A stretch of 50,306 bases of DNA, counting the filler, from an uncultured Candidatus Peribacteria bacterium (GTDB lineage Bacteria; Patescibacteriota; Gracilibacteria; RBG-16-42-10): NCBI GenBank assembly GCA_964514565.1. It is 2 parts of 2 records of this genome, joined end to end, with 100 filler letters (N's around TTAATTAATTAA, not from the genome) between each part and the next. Parts side by side here need not be neighbours in the genome. Positions count along the whole stretch, not along the records: positions 1 to 24,986 come from CAZERA010000001.1; 1 more part is not named here. One strand, written 5' to 3'. Below are positions 1 to 8,992 of the stretch, piece by piece. How positions within the stretch are numbered: the first letter of the stretch is position 1; each line of letters opens with the position of its first letter. Made by a program: the position numbers and the translations under genes. The notes under the pieces were generated by a model that saw only the letters and a program-made list of their open reading frames with translations, searched no databases and had not been told where the DNA came from.

Positions 1-263
1 GCAATTATTATCATCGCTTTAGTTGTTCACCATTTCCTAGAGAGCGTTTTGATCCAGAAGGTTTGATCAACTGGACACTCCATCTCCACCAAGTACCAGG
101 AGTGGCTATTTGTTTTAGTCCTAGTATCAATGAGCCAACTATTTGTGGTTTTGATGCTGTTTCTGCCTATGCTCGAGCTCATGGTCGTGATCCTAGTAGT
201 GGAATTATGATTGAAGCTTATGGGCCACTAGGACGCACTCCTGCTCAAATTAATATCAACTAA
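1..263 (+). CDS. 3' end of a hypothetical protein (5'-truncated by window)
   Basis: Frame is open from position 3 (NYYHRFSCSPFPRERFDPEGLINW...) to TAA at 261-263. Confidence 0.6.
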   Translation, partial: NYYHRFSCSPFPRERFDPEGLINWTLHLHQVPGVAICFSPSINEPTICGFDAVSAYARAHGRDPSSGIMIEAYGPLGRTPAQININ

Positions 264-287
264 CAAGTTGGTTGACCTGCCTTTGTA

Positions 288-1145
288 CTAGCGTGTGCAA
301 ACAAACGTAATACCTTGGCAAGTGACACGGTCGCCCGGGTGAATTGGCTGAATTGGTGCGTTGATGCTCGTGATGTTGGTTTGACTAGTCGGATCGCAAA
401 CAAATATGCGTGCTCCTTGGTCAGAGACATTGCAACCAAAGCCGCGATTAATTGGCAAAATCACTACTTCTTCGTGTGGTTGATCATGACAACCAGGTCT
501 ACAGCTCATCTCTGCACTAGCCCAAGGTAGATGCTCATAGGGTCTGCTCATAGCGAAATCTAGCGGACCACTTGGTGTACAAAAAGTAGCATGTCCATCA
601 TGCACATTGTTGACAATACTAGGTGGCAAAGCATTGAGACAGAGTGCTTCTTCCATGTCCATTGGTGGCACAATAGTGGTGGTGTCAAAAGGCTCGTAAT
701 GGATACCATGAATATCCGCTGCTAATTGTAGTCTAGATTCAGTAAAGTCAGTCAGAGGATGAAAGCCACTGGTACAAACAAAGCCATCTTGTCCTGTGCC
801 TGGTAGCACGACTTGAATATTGGGAGCAGTTTGTAGTCGCTCGGGGACACAGAGCAAGTAGCTATTGTCTTGTTGATGAAACTGCCAAGTCAAAAGCCTC
901 TCGGCATGCTGATATGGTTGACCTTGGTCACAACTGACACCATCCCTTACTTCACCAATACGGAGACGATGAACTTGACTCTCCGGGATTGCGCCATGGG
1001 TCATACAGCCGTACAAACTTTCTCGTACTCGGGCTACTTCACCCCGGCCGATGTGGGTATGAACTGGTGCGCTACTTTGCTGTGGTGATTGTGCGTGACA
1101 GGCCATGAGCAAACTGGTAGCTGCCAGTGACTGTTTGAGTTTCAT
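288..1145 (-). CDS. Cys-rich putative lipoprotein, unknown function
   Basis: 285-aa ORF; MKLKQSLAATSLLMA-C resembles a signal peptide with lipobox. Confidence 0.65.
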   Translation of the reverse strand: MKLKQSLAATSLLMACHAQSPQQSSAPVHTHIGRGEVARVRESLYGCMTHGAIPESQVHRLRIGEVRDGVSCDQGQPYQHAERLLTWQFHQQDNSYLLCVPERLQTAPNIQVVLPGTGQDGFVCTSGFHPLTDFTESRLQLAADIHGIHYEPFDTTTIVPPMDMEEALCLNALPPSIVNNVHDGHATFCTPSGPLDFAMSRPYEHLPWASAEMSCRPGCHDQPHEEVVILPINRGFGCNVSDQGARIFVCDPTSQTNITSINAPIQPIHPGDRVTCQGITFVCTR

Positions 1146-1272
1146 AGAGATAACAATGAAAAGGTGTGATAGTAGGATAACTGGGTATGACTGTCCATGA
1201 TTTAGCCCGGCAGTGACTATGTAGCGATGATGGTTGGTGGGGGAACGTTTCTTAGCGGCTGCATTGTCGTCT

Positions 1273-1308
1273 GAGATTCTTCTCCTGCTGGTGCAGGAGT
1301 CGAATGAC
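1273..1308. repeat. REP-like palindromic element GAGATTCTT-[hairpin]-GAATGAC
   Basis: gagattcttCTCCTGCtggtGCAGGAGtcgaatgac; perfect 7-bp stem. Confidence 0.5.
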
Positions 1309-1384
1309 GGCTAACGCCTGGCTCCTGGCGCGTTCACCACTAAGGGGGGATCTCTGTCCTTTGAGCCTTTACAAGGACAAAAAG

Positions 1385-1436
1385 TCTCTGATCTCTGCTC
1401 TCTTTATCCCGCGCATGCGGGACGGGCCTCTGATCT
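1385..1436 (+). repeat. Family A heptamer repeat with TCCCGC-N4-GCGGGA hairpin
   Basis: 1400-1433 matches 30994-31027 at 31/34 nt. Confidence 0.8.
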
Positions 1437-1450
1437 ATCTCTGTGCTTGC

Positions 1451-1478
1451 TTGCACTTCCCTACCTCGGGATTATAAT
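1451..1478 (+). promoter_or_regulatory. Sigma70-like promoter for the KGG gene
   Basis: TTGCAC-N16-TATAAT, 64 nt upstream of ATG 1542. Confidence 0.5.
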
Positions 1479-1541
1479 CAGAGGTGGCTTTCGAAAGTCT
1501 CAATTGATTGCAATCAGAAATTATTTTTAACCCCCAATGAT

Positions 1542-1733
1542 ATGAATAACAATGCTAACAACCATAGTCATACCCAGAATTCTTCATCAAACAAGGGATT
1601 TGGTAATATGGATAATGCCCAACATCGCTCAGCTTCTAGTAAAGGTGGTCAGACTACAGCTAGTCGCAATGACATGTCTGAATTAGGTCGTAGAGGTGGT
1701 ATGGCTAGAGGTAGAAGTACTGCTAGTAAATAG
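1542..1733 (+). CDS. KGG-motif general stress protein
   Basis: GFGNMD...ASSKGG...MSELGRRGG motif; ATG 1542 preferred over the GTG at 1443. Confidence 0.8.
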   Translation: MNNNANNHSHTQNSSSNKGFGNMDNAQHRSASSKGGQTTASRNDMSELGRRGGMARGRSTASK

Positions 1734-1760
1734 TGTTTGAAACTTAAATTAACTGTAAAC

Positions 1761-1792
1761 AAAAAAGAGGGGCCGCGAAGCTCCTCTTTTTT
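1761..1792. terminator. Bidirectional intrinsic terminator
   Basis: aaaaaagaggggc-cgcgaa-gctcctctttttt between convergent genes. Confidence 0.8.
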
Positions 1793-1812
1793 AATCGTAT
1801 ATATCAGGGTTT

Positions 1813-2481
1813 TTAATGTAATAAACTTTGTAAATCACGAAATGCAGCACTGAGTGCATCATTGGAAAATGCACTAGCAAGGCTTTCATAACTAGCTTCG
1901 ATATCTTTGGTGAATTGCTCTTTGAGTGTCTTTATGTAGGCGGTTTTTACATCAGTTGCGGAATCATTGAGTCCCACAGTATCAGCGGAGACATCTCGTG
2001 TGCTTTGATCTACATCCATAATTACTTTTGCTTCCAGCTCTACTACCAAGTGAGCATCCACTGAGTATCCATTGGTCGGAGAAGCAGACAAGGCAAAGCT
2101 TTTTACTTCAAAGACATATTTACCAAGATGGGCTTGTTTGGATGTATCTTTGAGTAAGTCGTTTAGTTGATTACTGTACTTTTCTTGATTGGCGCGAAGG
2201 GTGTTGTCTATTGCAGCTTGGATCCAGACTTTTGATTCACTTTCGATATAGTTGCGGTAGGGATCGACATTGTTTTTCAGTAGACCATCATCAATCAGGC
2301 TAGATGGCGTCACGTCTGGTAAATCATTGGCCATTTTCCCTCGTAGTTGTTCCAGCTCAGCAGTTTGGGCATTGGCTTCTAAGCTTTTGAGTTCTTTGAT
2401 TGCGTCACCTTCACCTGTGATAAACACGTTCCATTTATCCAATAATGTGGCGATGGTACTAGTAGCGATTGGTAGCGCCAT
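1813..2481 (-). CDS. Hypothetical protein
   Basis: Long ORF; likely start MALPIAT at 2481. Confidence 0.65.
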   Translation of the reverse strand: MALPIATSTIATLLDKWNVFITGEGDAIKELKSLEANAQTAELEQLRGKMANDLPDVTPSSLIDDGLLKNNVDPYRNYIESESKVWIQAAIDNTLRANQEKYSNQLNDLLKDTSKQAHLGKYVFEVKSFALSASPTNGYSVDAHLVVELEAKVIMDVDQSTRDVSADTVGLNDSATDVKTAYIKTLKEQFTKDIEASYESLASAFSNDALSAAFRDLQSLLH

Positions 2482-2732
2482 GTTCCAATCTTCTCGAATA
2501 GGAAATGTCATAAGGATAGGGGTTAACAAATACTTGTAGTGTAGGCCCTAATTTGAATAGCAACAAGTAAATGAGGTTGGGTTTTCTTATAGAAAATTTG
2601 TTTCTCAGCTTTGGTTTGCTATAGTACCCAACTAATTAGCTTAGGTGAGCTATCATGACTAGTCTAGTGAAATAGCTTTCACTTGATGCTGCTGCACATT
2701 TTCTTACAATAGGCCTTGTCTTAAGCATTATT

Positions 2733-3458
2733 ATGGCATACGAAAATCTGCATCCACTCCAAATGGTCATCCTCAATAAAATGATGGCTTTACCAGTAGC
2801 TCGCTTCCGAGATCTTAGAATCGAGGGACTTTCTACTGATCATTTGACCTATCATATCAAGACCTTGGTCAAGCAAGCTTTACTGGAGCGAAAAGATGGC
2901 GGTTATGTTTTGACTGATCATGGTAAAGAGTATGTAGGCAGAATAGACGAGCATACCTCAAAGATTGAAGTACAAGGTAAGCGAGGTGTCCTAGTGCGTT
3001 GTATGAAAAAGGAAGGCAAAAAGACTATGTACTTAGTCAATCGTAGATTGAAGCAGCCCTTTTACGGGTATGTCGGATTTCATACTGGCAAGATTAAAGA
3101 AGGGGAGGGAGTGTATCAAGCGGCAGCTCGGGAGCTACAAGAAGAAGCGGGAGTGCAAGCTGATCTGCATTTGGTCGCTGTATTTCACTATATTGATTTC
3201 AAAGAAAATGGGGATTTCTTGAGAGATATTTATTTCTATGTCTTCAATGCTCACAACATCAAAGGTGAATTGATAAGCTCTAATCCCAGTGAGGGTGTGG
3301 AAAACTTCTGGATAACTCTCAATGATCTCAAGAAGGAAAAAACTTTTCCAGGGTTTTGGCAAAAGCCCACTTTCTTTGGTGCCAAGAGCAGAAAAATGAC
3401 AGGCGGTGTGATGGATATTGGTTTCCGGGAGGTAGTGCGTGTGATTACTGACTATTGA
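2733..3458 (+). CDS. N-terminal winged-helix + NUDIX hydrolase
   Basis: wHTH-like FRDL...LTYHIKTLVK...YVLTDHGK; Nudix box GKIKEGE...AARELQEEAG. Confidence 0.85.
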   Translation: MAYENLHPLQMVILNKMMALPVARFRDLRIEGLSTDHLTYHIKTLVKQALLERKDGGYVLTDHGKEYVGRIDEHTSKIEVQGKRGVLVRCMKKEGKKTMYLVNRRLKQPFYGYVGFHTGKIKEGEGVYQAAARELQEEAGVQADLHLVAVFHYIDFKENGDFLRDIYFYVFNAHNIKGELISSNPSEGVENFWITLNDLKKEKTFPGFWQKPTFFGAKSRKMTGGVMDIGFREVVRVITDY

Positions 3459-3516
3459 TCCCATTGGTAGTAGGGAAGCTCCAATGCTATGCTTTGTTTA
3501 GTTTACTTCACAAAGC

Positions 3517-3933
3517 ATGAAACAGAAATTTATTAGTTTGTTTATGGTGTTGGTGGTTTTGATGGTGATTGTGGCTAGCCAGATGAATACCTATCCTGTG
3601 CTGCGGATTGTATTTTTACTCCTCTGTATCGGTGGTCCACTAGGTATGATTCTTTTGGTACAAGGTCCATCGCAAGCTTGGCAGCAGTTGCTAAAGAAAG
3701 GTGGGGTAGTAGCTAATGCAAAAGTACTCAATGTGGCTGATACAGGTATGACTTTGAATAAAGTAAATATTGGGGTGAGACTAACTGTTGAAGTAATGAT
3801 TGATAGTGAGGCTCCGTTTGAAGCCACAGTGGAAACATTTGTCTCTCGCGTAGCTTTACCCAGAGTGGGGGATTTGATCTCAGTAGTATTTAATCCAAAC
3901 AATAAGAAAGAGGTGGCTGTGGTGATGCAATAG
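3517..3933 (+). CDS. Membrane protein, DUF3592-like
   Basis: Two N-terminal TM segments; C-terminal PRVGDLISVVFNPNN. Confidence 0.6.
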   Translation: MKQKFISLFMVLVVLMVIVASQMNTYPVLRIVFLLLCIGGPLGMILLVQGPSQAWQQLLKKGGVVANAKVLNVADTGMTLNKVNIGVRLTVEVMIDSEAPFEATVETFVSRVALPRVGDLISVVFNPNNKKEVAVVMQ

Positions 3934-3950
3934 GGAGCAGCTATAGTTAA

Positions 3951-4042
3951 TAACTAATAGTGAAAAGTTTAGCGACTACAGTCTCCGCTTGGCGGACCGT
4001 ATGCCGCTAAACTATTAGTTTTTCATTATTCATTATTCACTA
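3951..4042. repeat. Family B palindromic repeat (CGCTAAAC core + TTCAYTA heptamers)
   Basis: aactaatag..gtttagcg / cgctaaactattagtt arms around a tccgc-ttg-gcgga hairpin; related copies at 19361 and 43335. Confidence 0.75.
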
Positions 4043-4438
4043 ACCCAATAACAGTTTCTTCAACTCAATCATCACCTGCCCATGTGCCATAGTAGCGACG
4101 GGATTCTTCTGAGTAGCTACATGATACTTTTGGTTAAACTCACTACCCATTTCGTTGGGTACCAAAAGCATTTGCGTTGCTTGTAGCAAAGTAGTCACCT
4201 TATCCTCATGCCATGGTTCTTTAGCTTGAATCATTTCATCTACCAGTACAATCAACTCTGATAGCTGACGCAGCCATTTGAAGCTGACATGATCCATCAC
4301 CAAGGCGAGGTATTCACCATTGGTAGCGATGCGACCATAGACACCTTCGTATTGATGCTTTTCAAATGTGAGCAAAGCGCGATGGAGATCAAGTAAATGA
4401 TCACGCAAAGGCATAAATTTTTCTGTATTGTGAGACAT
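4040..4438 (-). CDS. Helical hypothetical protein, last gene of the pirin operon
   Basis: 132-aa ORF 5 nt downstream of pirin. Confidence 0.7.
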   Translation of the reverse strand: MSHNTEKFMPLRDHLLDLHRALLTFEKHQYEGVYGRIATNGEYLALVMDHVSFKWLRQLSELIVLVDEMIQAKEPWHEDKVTTLLQATQMLLVPNEMGSEFNQKYHVATQKNPVATMAHGQVMIELKKLLLG

Positions 4439-4443
4439 AGATT

Positions 4444-5337
4444 TTAAATGTTAATATTACCAAATTTACCGGTGCGATAGTCAGCAATTGCTTGATGAAT
4501 TTCTGATTCAGTATTCATCACAAACGGGCCATATCGGGTCACTTTTTCTCCTAGTGGTTTGCCGCCTATGAGCAAGAGATCAAGTGGTTTTTTACTGGTG
4601 CTAGCATTACTAATAAGTACTTCATCCAGGTTTGATTCAAACAAAACCATTTGGCTATCTGTCCCTACTTGTTCTTCGGTGCCGAAGTGTCCTTCACCAT
4701 CGATGATATATGCAAAGGTATTGAATCCCGTTGGGATTAGCTGCGTAATATTGCCACCAGGTTGGATGGTGACATGGAGATAAATAATTGGCGTATGGGT
4801 TTCAATCACTGCTTTTGCTCCCAGAGACTCACCAGCAATTATTTTGACTTGGACTAGTCCATCACTACTTGTGACGATAGGCATTTTTGATGCTGCTATG
4901 TCTTGGTAGCGAGGCTTGGTCATTTTGTCCTTGCTGGGTAAGTTTACCCAGAGTTGTACACCATGCAATGTTCCTCCTGCTTTAGTGAATTCAGTGGGAG
5001 TGAGTTCGGAATGAATGACACCAGCACCGGCAGTCATCCATTGTACATCACCTGGTTTGAGTCGTCCTACATTTCCTTGCGAGTCACGGTGTTCCATTTC
5101 TCCTTCGAAAAGGTAAGTAACGGTTTCAAAGCCGCGATGAGGATGCTCTGGTGCTCCAGTATCTTCACCTGCAGCGAGCTTCATTGGGCCCATTTCATCA
5201 AGTAACAAAAATGGATCAAAATCCATTAGTTCTTCAGTAGGAAAAGGTCTGGTCACGGGGAAACCAGCTCCTTCGAAAGTATGAGTACTATCTATCACTG
5301 CCCGCACAGAGCGAGCTTGAGCTGGTGTTTTTTTCAT
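4444..5337 (-). CDS. Pirin family protein
   Basis: DPFLLLD, HPHRGFETVTY, QWMTAGAGVIHSE, QLWVNLP, YGPFVMNT. Confidence 0.95.
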   Translation of the reverse strand: MKKTPAQARSVRAVIDSTHTFEGAGFPVTRPFPTEELMDFDPFLLLDEMGPMKLAAGEDTGAPEHPHRGFETVTYLFEGEMEHRDSQGNVGRLKPGDVQWMTAGAGVIHSELTPTEFTKAGGTLHGVQLWVNLPSKDKMTKPRYQDIAASKMPIVTSSDGLVQVKIIAGESLGAKAVIETHTPIIYLHVTIQPGGNITQLIPTGFNTFAYIIDGEGHFGTEEQVGTDSQMVLFESNLDEVLISNASTSKKPLDLLLIGGKPLGEKVTRYGPFVMNTESEIHQAIADYRTGKFGNINI

Positions 5338-5347
5338 TGTGTCAGGG

Positions 5348-5920
5348 TTAATTATTCTTGCCCAATTTGTTCGCTAATTCTACTACTTTGCTAAACATCA
5401 TCTTGGCATTTTTCTCATGCATCTCAGCATTTTGGAGCTTGCCTGCTTGATCAAATGCTGCCCAGATCATGGGAATAGCTACTTGGTCTCGTACATCATA
5501 CATACGTTGTTCACCGACTACTTGGCGTAGTTGTTCCACTGCTCTTGTACCACCGGAAGCACCACCGTAGCTTACGAATCCGACTGGTTTGTCTGCTGCT
5601 TCGCGAGCAATATAGTCGAGTGCATTTTTGAGAGCAGAAGAGAAGCTGTGGTTGTATTCTGGAGTGATAATAATCAGTCCATCAGCACTAGCGATTTCAT
5701 CTAGCCACTTTTGCACTAGAGCAATTGGGTGAGGACCTTGGCGCATCGCTGGTCCGACTGCATCAGCAAACATTGGTAGGGGATAGTCGAGCAAATCGAG
5801 TAAACTAAGCTCGGCTGAAGTATCGCTTTGTAATGTACTCATTAACCATTGGCTTACTTTTTCACCAGCACGACCTTCACGAATGCTACCGAGAATTATT
5901 TTGATTTTTGGCTTATTCAT
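5348..5920 (-). CDS. NAD(P)H-dependent FMN reductase
   Basis: ILGSIREGR, TPEYNHSFSSALKNALD, SYGGASGGTRAVEQLR. Confidence 0.93.
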   Translation of the reverse strand: MNKPKIKIILGSIREGRAGEKVSQWLMSTLQSDTSAELSLLDLLDYPLPMFADAVGPAMRQGPHPIALVQKWLDEIASADGLIIITPEYNHSFSSALKNALDYIAREAADKPVGFVSYGGASGGTRAVEQLRQVVGEQRMYDVRDQVAIPMIWAAFDQAGKLQNAEMHEKNAKMMFSKVVELANKLGKNN

Positions 5921-5930
5921 ATAATGAAAA

Positions 5931-6218
5931 TTAGGTAATAATTAAAGTCTGTAATTTTTGAATTAAAGGATCCTTGATTATTTGATAATGCATACTGTTA
6001 CCTTGTCTTTTGGCCACTACCACTTGGTTGTCTTTGAGCAACTGAAGGTGATGTGATGTACAAGCGACACTCATGCCGATATGCTCAGCCAATTCTGAAA
6101 CTGTGGCACTGGGGTTGTGAGTGAGGCATTGTAAGATCTTCAGTCGATTGGGATCACTAAAGAGTGAAAATATCTTTGCTTTCCGTTCAATCTCTGCTTG
6201 CGATTTGACACTGGCCAT
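5931..6218 (-). CDS. ArsR/SmtB family regulator
   Basis: SDPNRLKIL...VSELA...SHHLQLLK...RQG. Confidence 0.92.
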   Translation of the reverse strand: MASVKSQAEIERKAKIFSLFSDPNRLKILQCLTHNPSATVSELAEHIGMSVACTSHHLQLLKDNQVVVAKRQGNSMHYQIIKDPLIQKLQTLIIT

Positions 6219-6230
6219 AGGGGGAGGTAA

Positions 6231-6260
6231 TGTTCAAGTATTCAAATAACTACTTGAATA
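6231..6260. promoter_or_regulatory. Putative ArsR operator
   Basis: tattcaaata-ac-tacttgaata (10-2-10 inverted repeat, 9/10) plus extra half-site tgttcaagta, in the divergent intergenic region. Confidence 0.65.
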
Positions 6261-6293
6261 GTAAATCAACACTCTATCCTTGTCAATCATGTT

Positions 6294-7127
6294 ATGAACA
6301 ATAATCTTTCTGCCTCCCCACTTTCTTTTGCTCCGGTGCTCAAAAGTTTAGCAAAGACGGCCACGATGCCAGTAGTATTTGTAGGACATGGTAGTCCGAT
6401 GAATGCATTTGAAGATAATAGCTTCACTCAAGAGTGGCAAAAATTAGGTAAGAGTCTGCCTACTCCTCAAGCAATTGTAGTAATGAGTGCTCACTGGGTG
6501 ACGCCAAAGGGTACTTATATAACTGCGATGGCTCAGCCGGAAACAATCTATGATTTTTATGGTTTCCCACAGGAATTGTATAATATGCATTACCGCGCTC
6601 CAGGTAATGCTGCTTTTGCCCAAGGGCTGAACTCTCTGAGACCTCAAATTTTGACTAGTGACGAATGGGGATTTGATCACGGCACTTGGAGTGTCTTAGC
6701 TCAAATGTATCCAGAGGCAAAGATTCCTGTGCTCCAACTCAGTATCAATGAATCACTCAGTCCTAATGAAGAAGCAGCTTTCATTGCTGAGCTACAGTTT
6801 TTGCGCCAGCAGGGTGTGCTCTTTATTGGCAGTGGCAACATCATTCACAATCTGAGGATGATCAACTGGGAAGATAAAACGCCATTTAGCTGGGCAGTGG
6901 ATTTTGATGCTCAAGTAAAAAGCTTGATTGAAAAACGTGATATGCAAAGTTTGGCCCACTACCACAGCTTGGGCAGTGCAGCGCAATACAGTATTCCTAC
7001 TGATGAACATTATCGTCCGATGTTGGGAGCACTGGCTCTGGCCACCGACCAAGATACCCTCCATTTTTTCAATGAAGAGATCTTGATGGGCAGTGTAGGA
7101 ATGCGTTCTTTTGTAATAAAAGGCTAG
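6294..7127 (+). CDS. ygiD: 4,5-DOPA extradiol dioxygenase (YgiD/LigB family)
   Basis: FVGHGSPMNA, SAHW, YDFYGFP, GFDHGTW, GSGNIIHNL, PTDEHY. Confidence 0.92.
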   Translation: MNNNLSASPLSFAPVLKSLAKTATMPVVFVGHGSPMNAFEDNSFTQEWQKLGKSLPTPQAIVVMSAHWVTPKGTYITAMAQPETIYDFYGFPQELYNMHYRAPGNAAFAQGLNSLRPQILTSDEWGFDHGTWSVLAQMYPEAKIPVLQLSINESLSPNEEAAFIAELQFLRQQGVLFIGSGNIIHNLRMINWEDKTPFSWAVDFDAQVKSLIEKRDMQSLAHYHSLGSAAQYSIPTDEHYRPMLGALALATDQDTLHFFNEEILMGSVGMRSFVIKG

Positions 7128-7129
7128 TT

Positions 7130-7708
7130 TTATATCCGATCTCCTCTGCGAACTTTACTCACTAGATTACTCACTGACCAAACAGTCCGTACTGCACGAG
7201 GTTTTTTTGGTCTAGCTGACAATGGAATAGATGATTCAACAATGATATTGGTTAGATCAGAAAATTGATCTTGGTCAATAATAGTCTCAAAACCTACTTC
7301 AGGTGTCCTGCCTTGGAAAATATCGTGTTCAATCTTGGTCCAAATTGCTGCAAATGCTTCTGCGGGAGCATCAATACATTCAACAAAATGCTCTGGAATG
7401 GCCCAGTTTGTGCTGTAGGTATTATCTGCATGATGTCTGAAAATGTGATGGAGAGCGTTATCTGTAAGCTTTGTTCGATAAAGTTTTACTGATGCTTGCT
7501 CAGTGTCGTCTGTTGGTGGAGTAACAATTGGTGCCGCTACAATTGATTGAAAGTGGGCACGTAGTGCTTTGCTTTCTAGTTTTGCCAAAGCTTTTATTTT
7601 TGCCCTAGCGTCAACACCTTCAGTGCTTGTAACGTCTAGAGGAGGTAGAAATGTATGAATGTTTTCTCTGTTGAATGGGTTTAATGGATCAATCTCTAGT
7701 ATGCTCAT
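7130..7708 (-). CDS. Hypothetical protein
   Basis: 192-aa ORF, no recognised family. Confidence 0.6.
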   Translation of the reverse strand: MSILEIDPLNPFNRENIHTFLPPLDVTSTEGVDARAKIKALAKLESKALRAHFQSIVAAPIVTPPTDDTEQASVKLYRTKLTDNALHHIFRHHADNTYSTNWAIPEHFVECIDAPAEAFAAIWTKIEHDIFQGRTPEVGFETIIDQDQFSDLTNIIVESSIPLSARPKKPRAVRTVWSVSNLVSKVRRGDRI

Positions 7709-7832
7709 ATAATATTTATTGTAAGCGTCAATATAAGCCCTGAAGTTGTTTTTGTCTAGAAGAACGTTAACAATACGCTCTTCATTGGCAAAACTATTTC
7801 ATGATATAGTCGTCTCGTCTTATATCTTTGCT

Positions 7833-8411
7833 ATGACTTTTCGCAACACTATTGTTCCTCAATATTGGTGGGTATTAGCAGTAGTGATTACTGTTTTGTG
7901 TAGCGGTCTCTATGCTGTAGGTCAACAAGTGATGCGTCAAAGTGCCAATGACCCACAAATTCAGATTGCAGAGGATATTGCTTATGGTTTAGCTCATGGC
8001 GGTGACATACATAGTTTAATTGGTCCATCCAATGTCGAGATGGCTCAGAGTTTGGCCCCTTTTACGATTGTTTACAACGACAAGTACGAGATGGTGGCTT
8101 CGAATGTCCGTGATGCTCAAATACCGGTGATCCCTCGTGGTGTACTGGAATATACTAATCAATATAGTGTCCATCGTGTCACTTGGCAGCCAGCACCAGC
8201 CTTACGTATCGCTGCAGTGCTCCAAAAAGTAGAAGGTGCCCAAGGTGGTTTTGTGTTAGTGGGCCGTTCACTGCGAGAAGTAGAAGATCGCAGTGATGGA
8301 TTATTTCGCAATGTGGTAGCTGGATGGCTTGCTACATTAGTAATTTCTTTGTTGGTAGCAGTCGGTCTGCACAAAAGGAAAAAAGTTGAACAGAAAGCCC
8401 ACAAAGCATAA
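7833..8411 (+). CDS. 2-TM membrane protein with extracytoplasmic sensor-like domain
   Basis: TM-QQVMRQSANDPQIQIAED...FVLVGRSLREVE-TM; ATG 7833 preferred. Confidence 0.65.
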   Translation: MTFRNTIVPQYWWVLAVVITVLCSGLYAVGQQVMRQSANDPQIQIAEDIAYGLAHGGDIHSLIGPSNVEMAQSLAPFTIVYNDKYEMVASNVRDAQIPVIPRGVLEYTNQYSVHRVTWQPAPALRIAAVLQKVEGAQGGFVLVGRSLREVEDRSDGLFRNVVAGWLATLVISLLVAVGLHKRKKVEQKAHKA

Positions 8412-8501
8412 TTACAGTAGTATTGCTGATTTTGTCAGGACTAAGTGCTTTTAATGCTTGGTAGTTTAGCAGTAGTGTTTAAGTGTCCTTAAAAACACTC
8501 T

Positions 8502-8912
8502 ATGCATGCAATGTCCTATGCTTTGTCTTCTATCATGTTGGCACAAATAATTGGTCCGCTTCTGTTAGTGATTGGTCTCGGTGTGCTATTCAATCGTGGT
8601 AGTTTCAACCAAATGATTGCGGAGATGGTAGGTGGCAAACAACAGCTTACTTTGTTTGTAAGTGGTACTTTGACTACTCTTCTCGGTTTGTTGGTAGTAA
8701 TTGGTCACAATGTCTGGGTTTGGAACTGGACAGTATTAATTACACTTTTGGGTTGGGCGACTTTGATCAAAGGTGTATTTTTAGTACTTTTCCCTACAGC
8801 AAGCAATCCAATCGCTAAGTTTTACCAAGGTCGCAACAGCCTGATTACTGGAGCTGCTCTTGTTGCTATTATTATGAGTTTGGTGCTTTGTTATTATGGT
8901 TATATTGCTTAG
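8502..8912 (+). CDS. Four-TM membrane protein
   Basis: Hydrophobic ORF with HNVWVWNWTVLITLLGW. Confidence 0.7.
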   Translation: MHAMSYALSSIMLAQIIGPLLLVIGLGVLFNRGSFNQMIAEMVGGKQQLTLFVSGTLTTLLGLLVVIGHNVWVWNWTVLITLLGWATLIKGVFLVLFPTASNPIAKFYQGRNSLITGAALVAIIMSLVLCYYGYIA

Positions 8913-8931
8913 TTAGAACAATTTTGTTAAT

Positions 8932-8970
8932 CAAAAAAAGGAGTGAGATTATTATCTCCTCCTTTTTTTG
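8932..8970. terminator. Bidirectional intrinsic terminator
   Basis: caaaaaaaggag..gagat-tatt-atctc.ctcctttttttg between convergent genes. Confidence 0.75.
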
Positions 8971-8992
8971 AGCTTCAGTTTGATTAGTGTTA

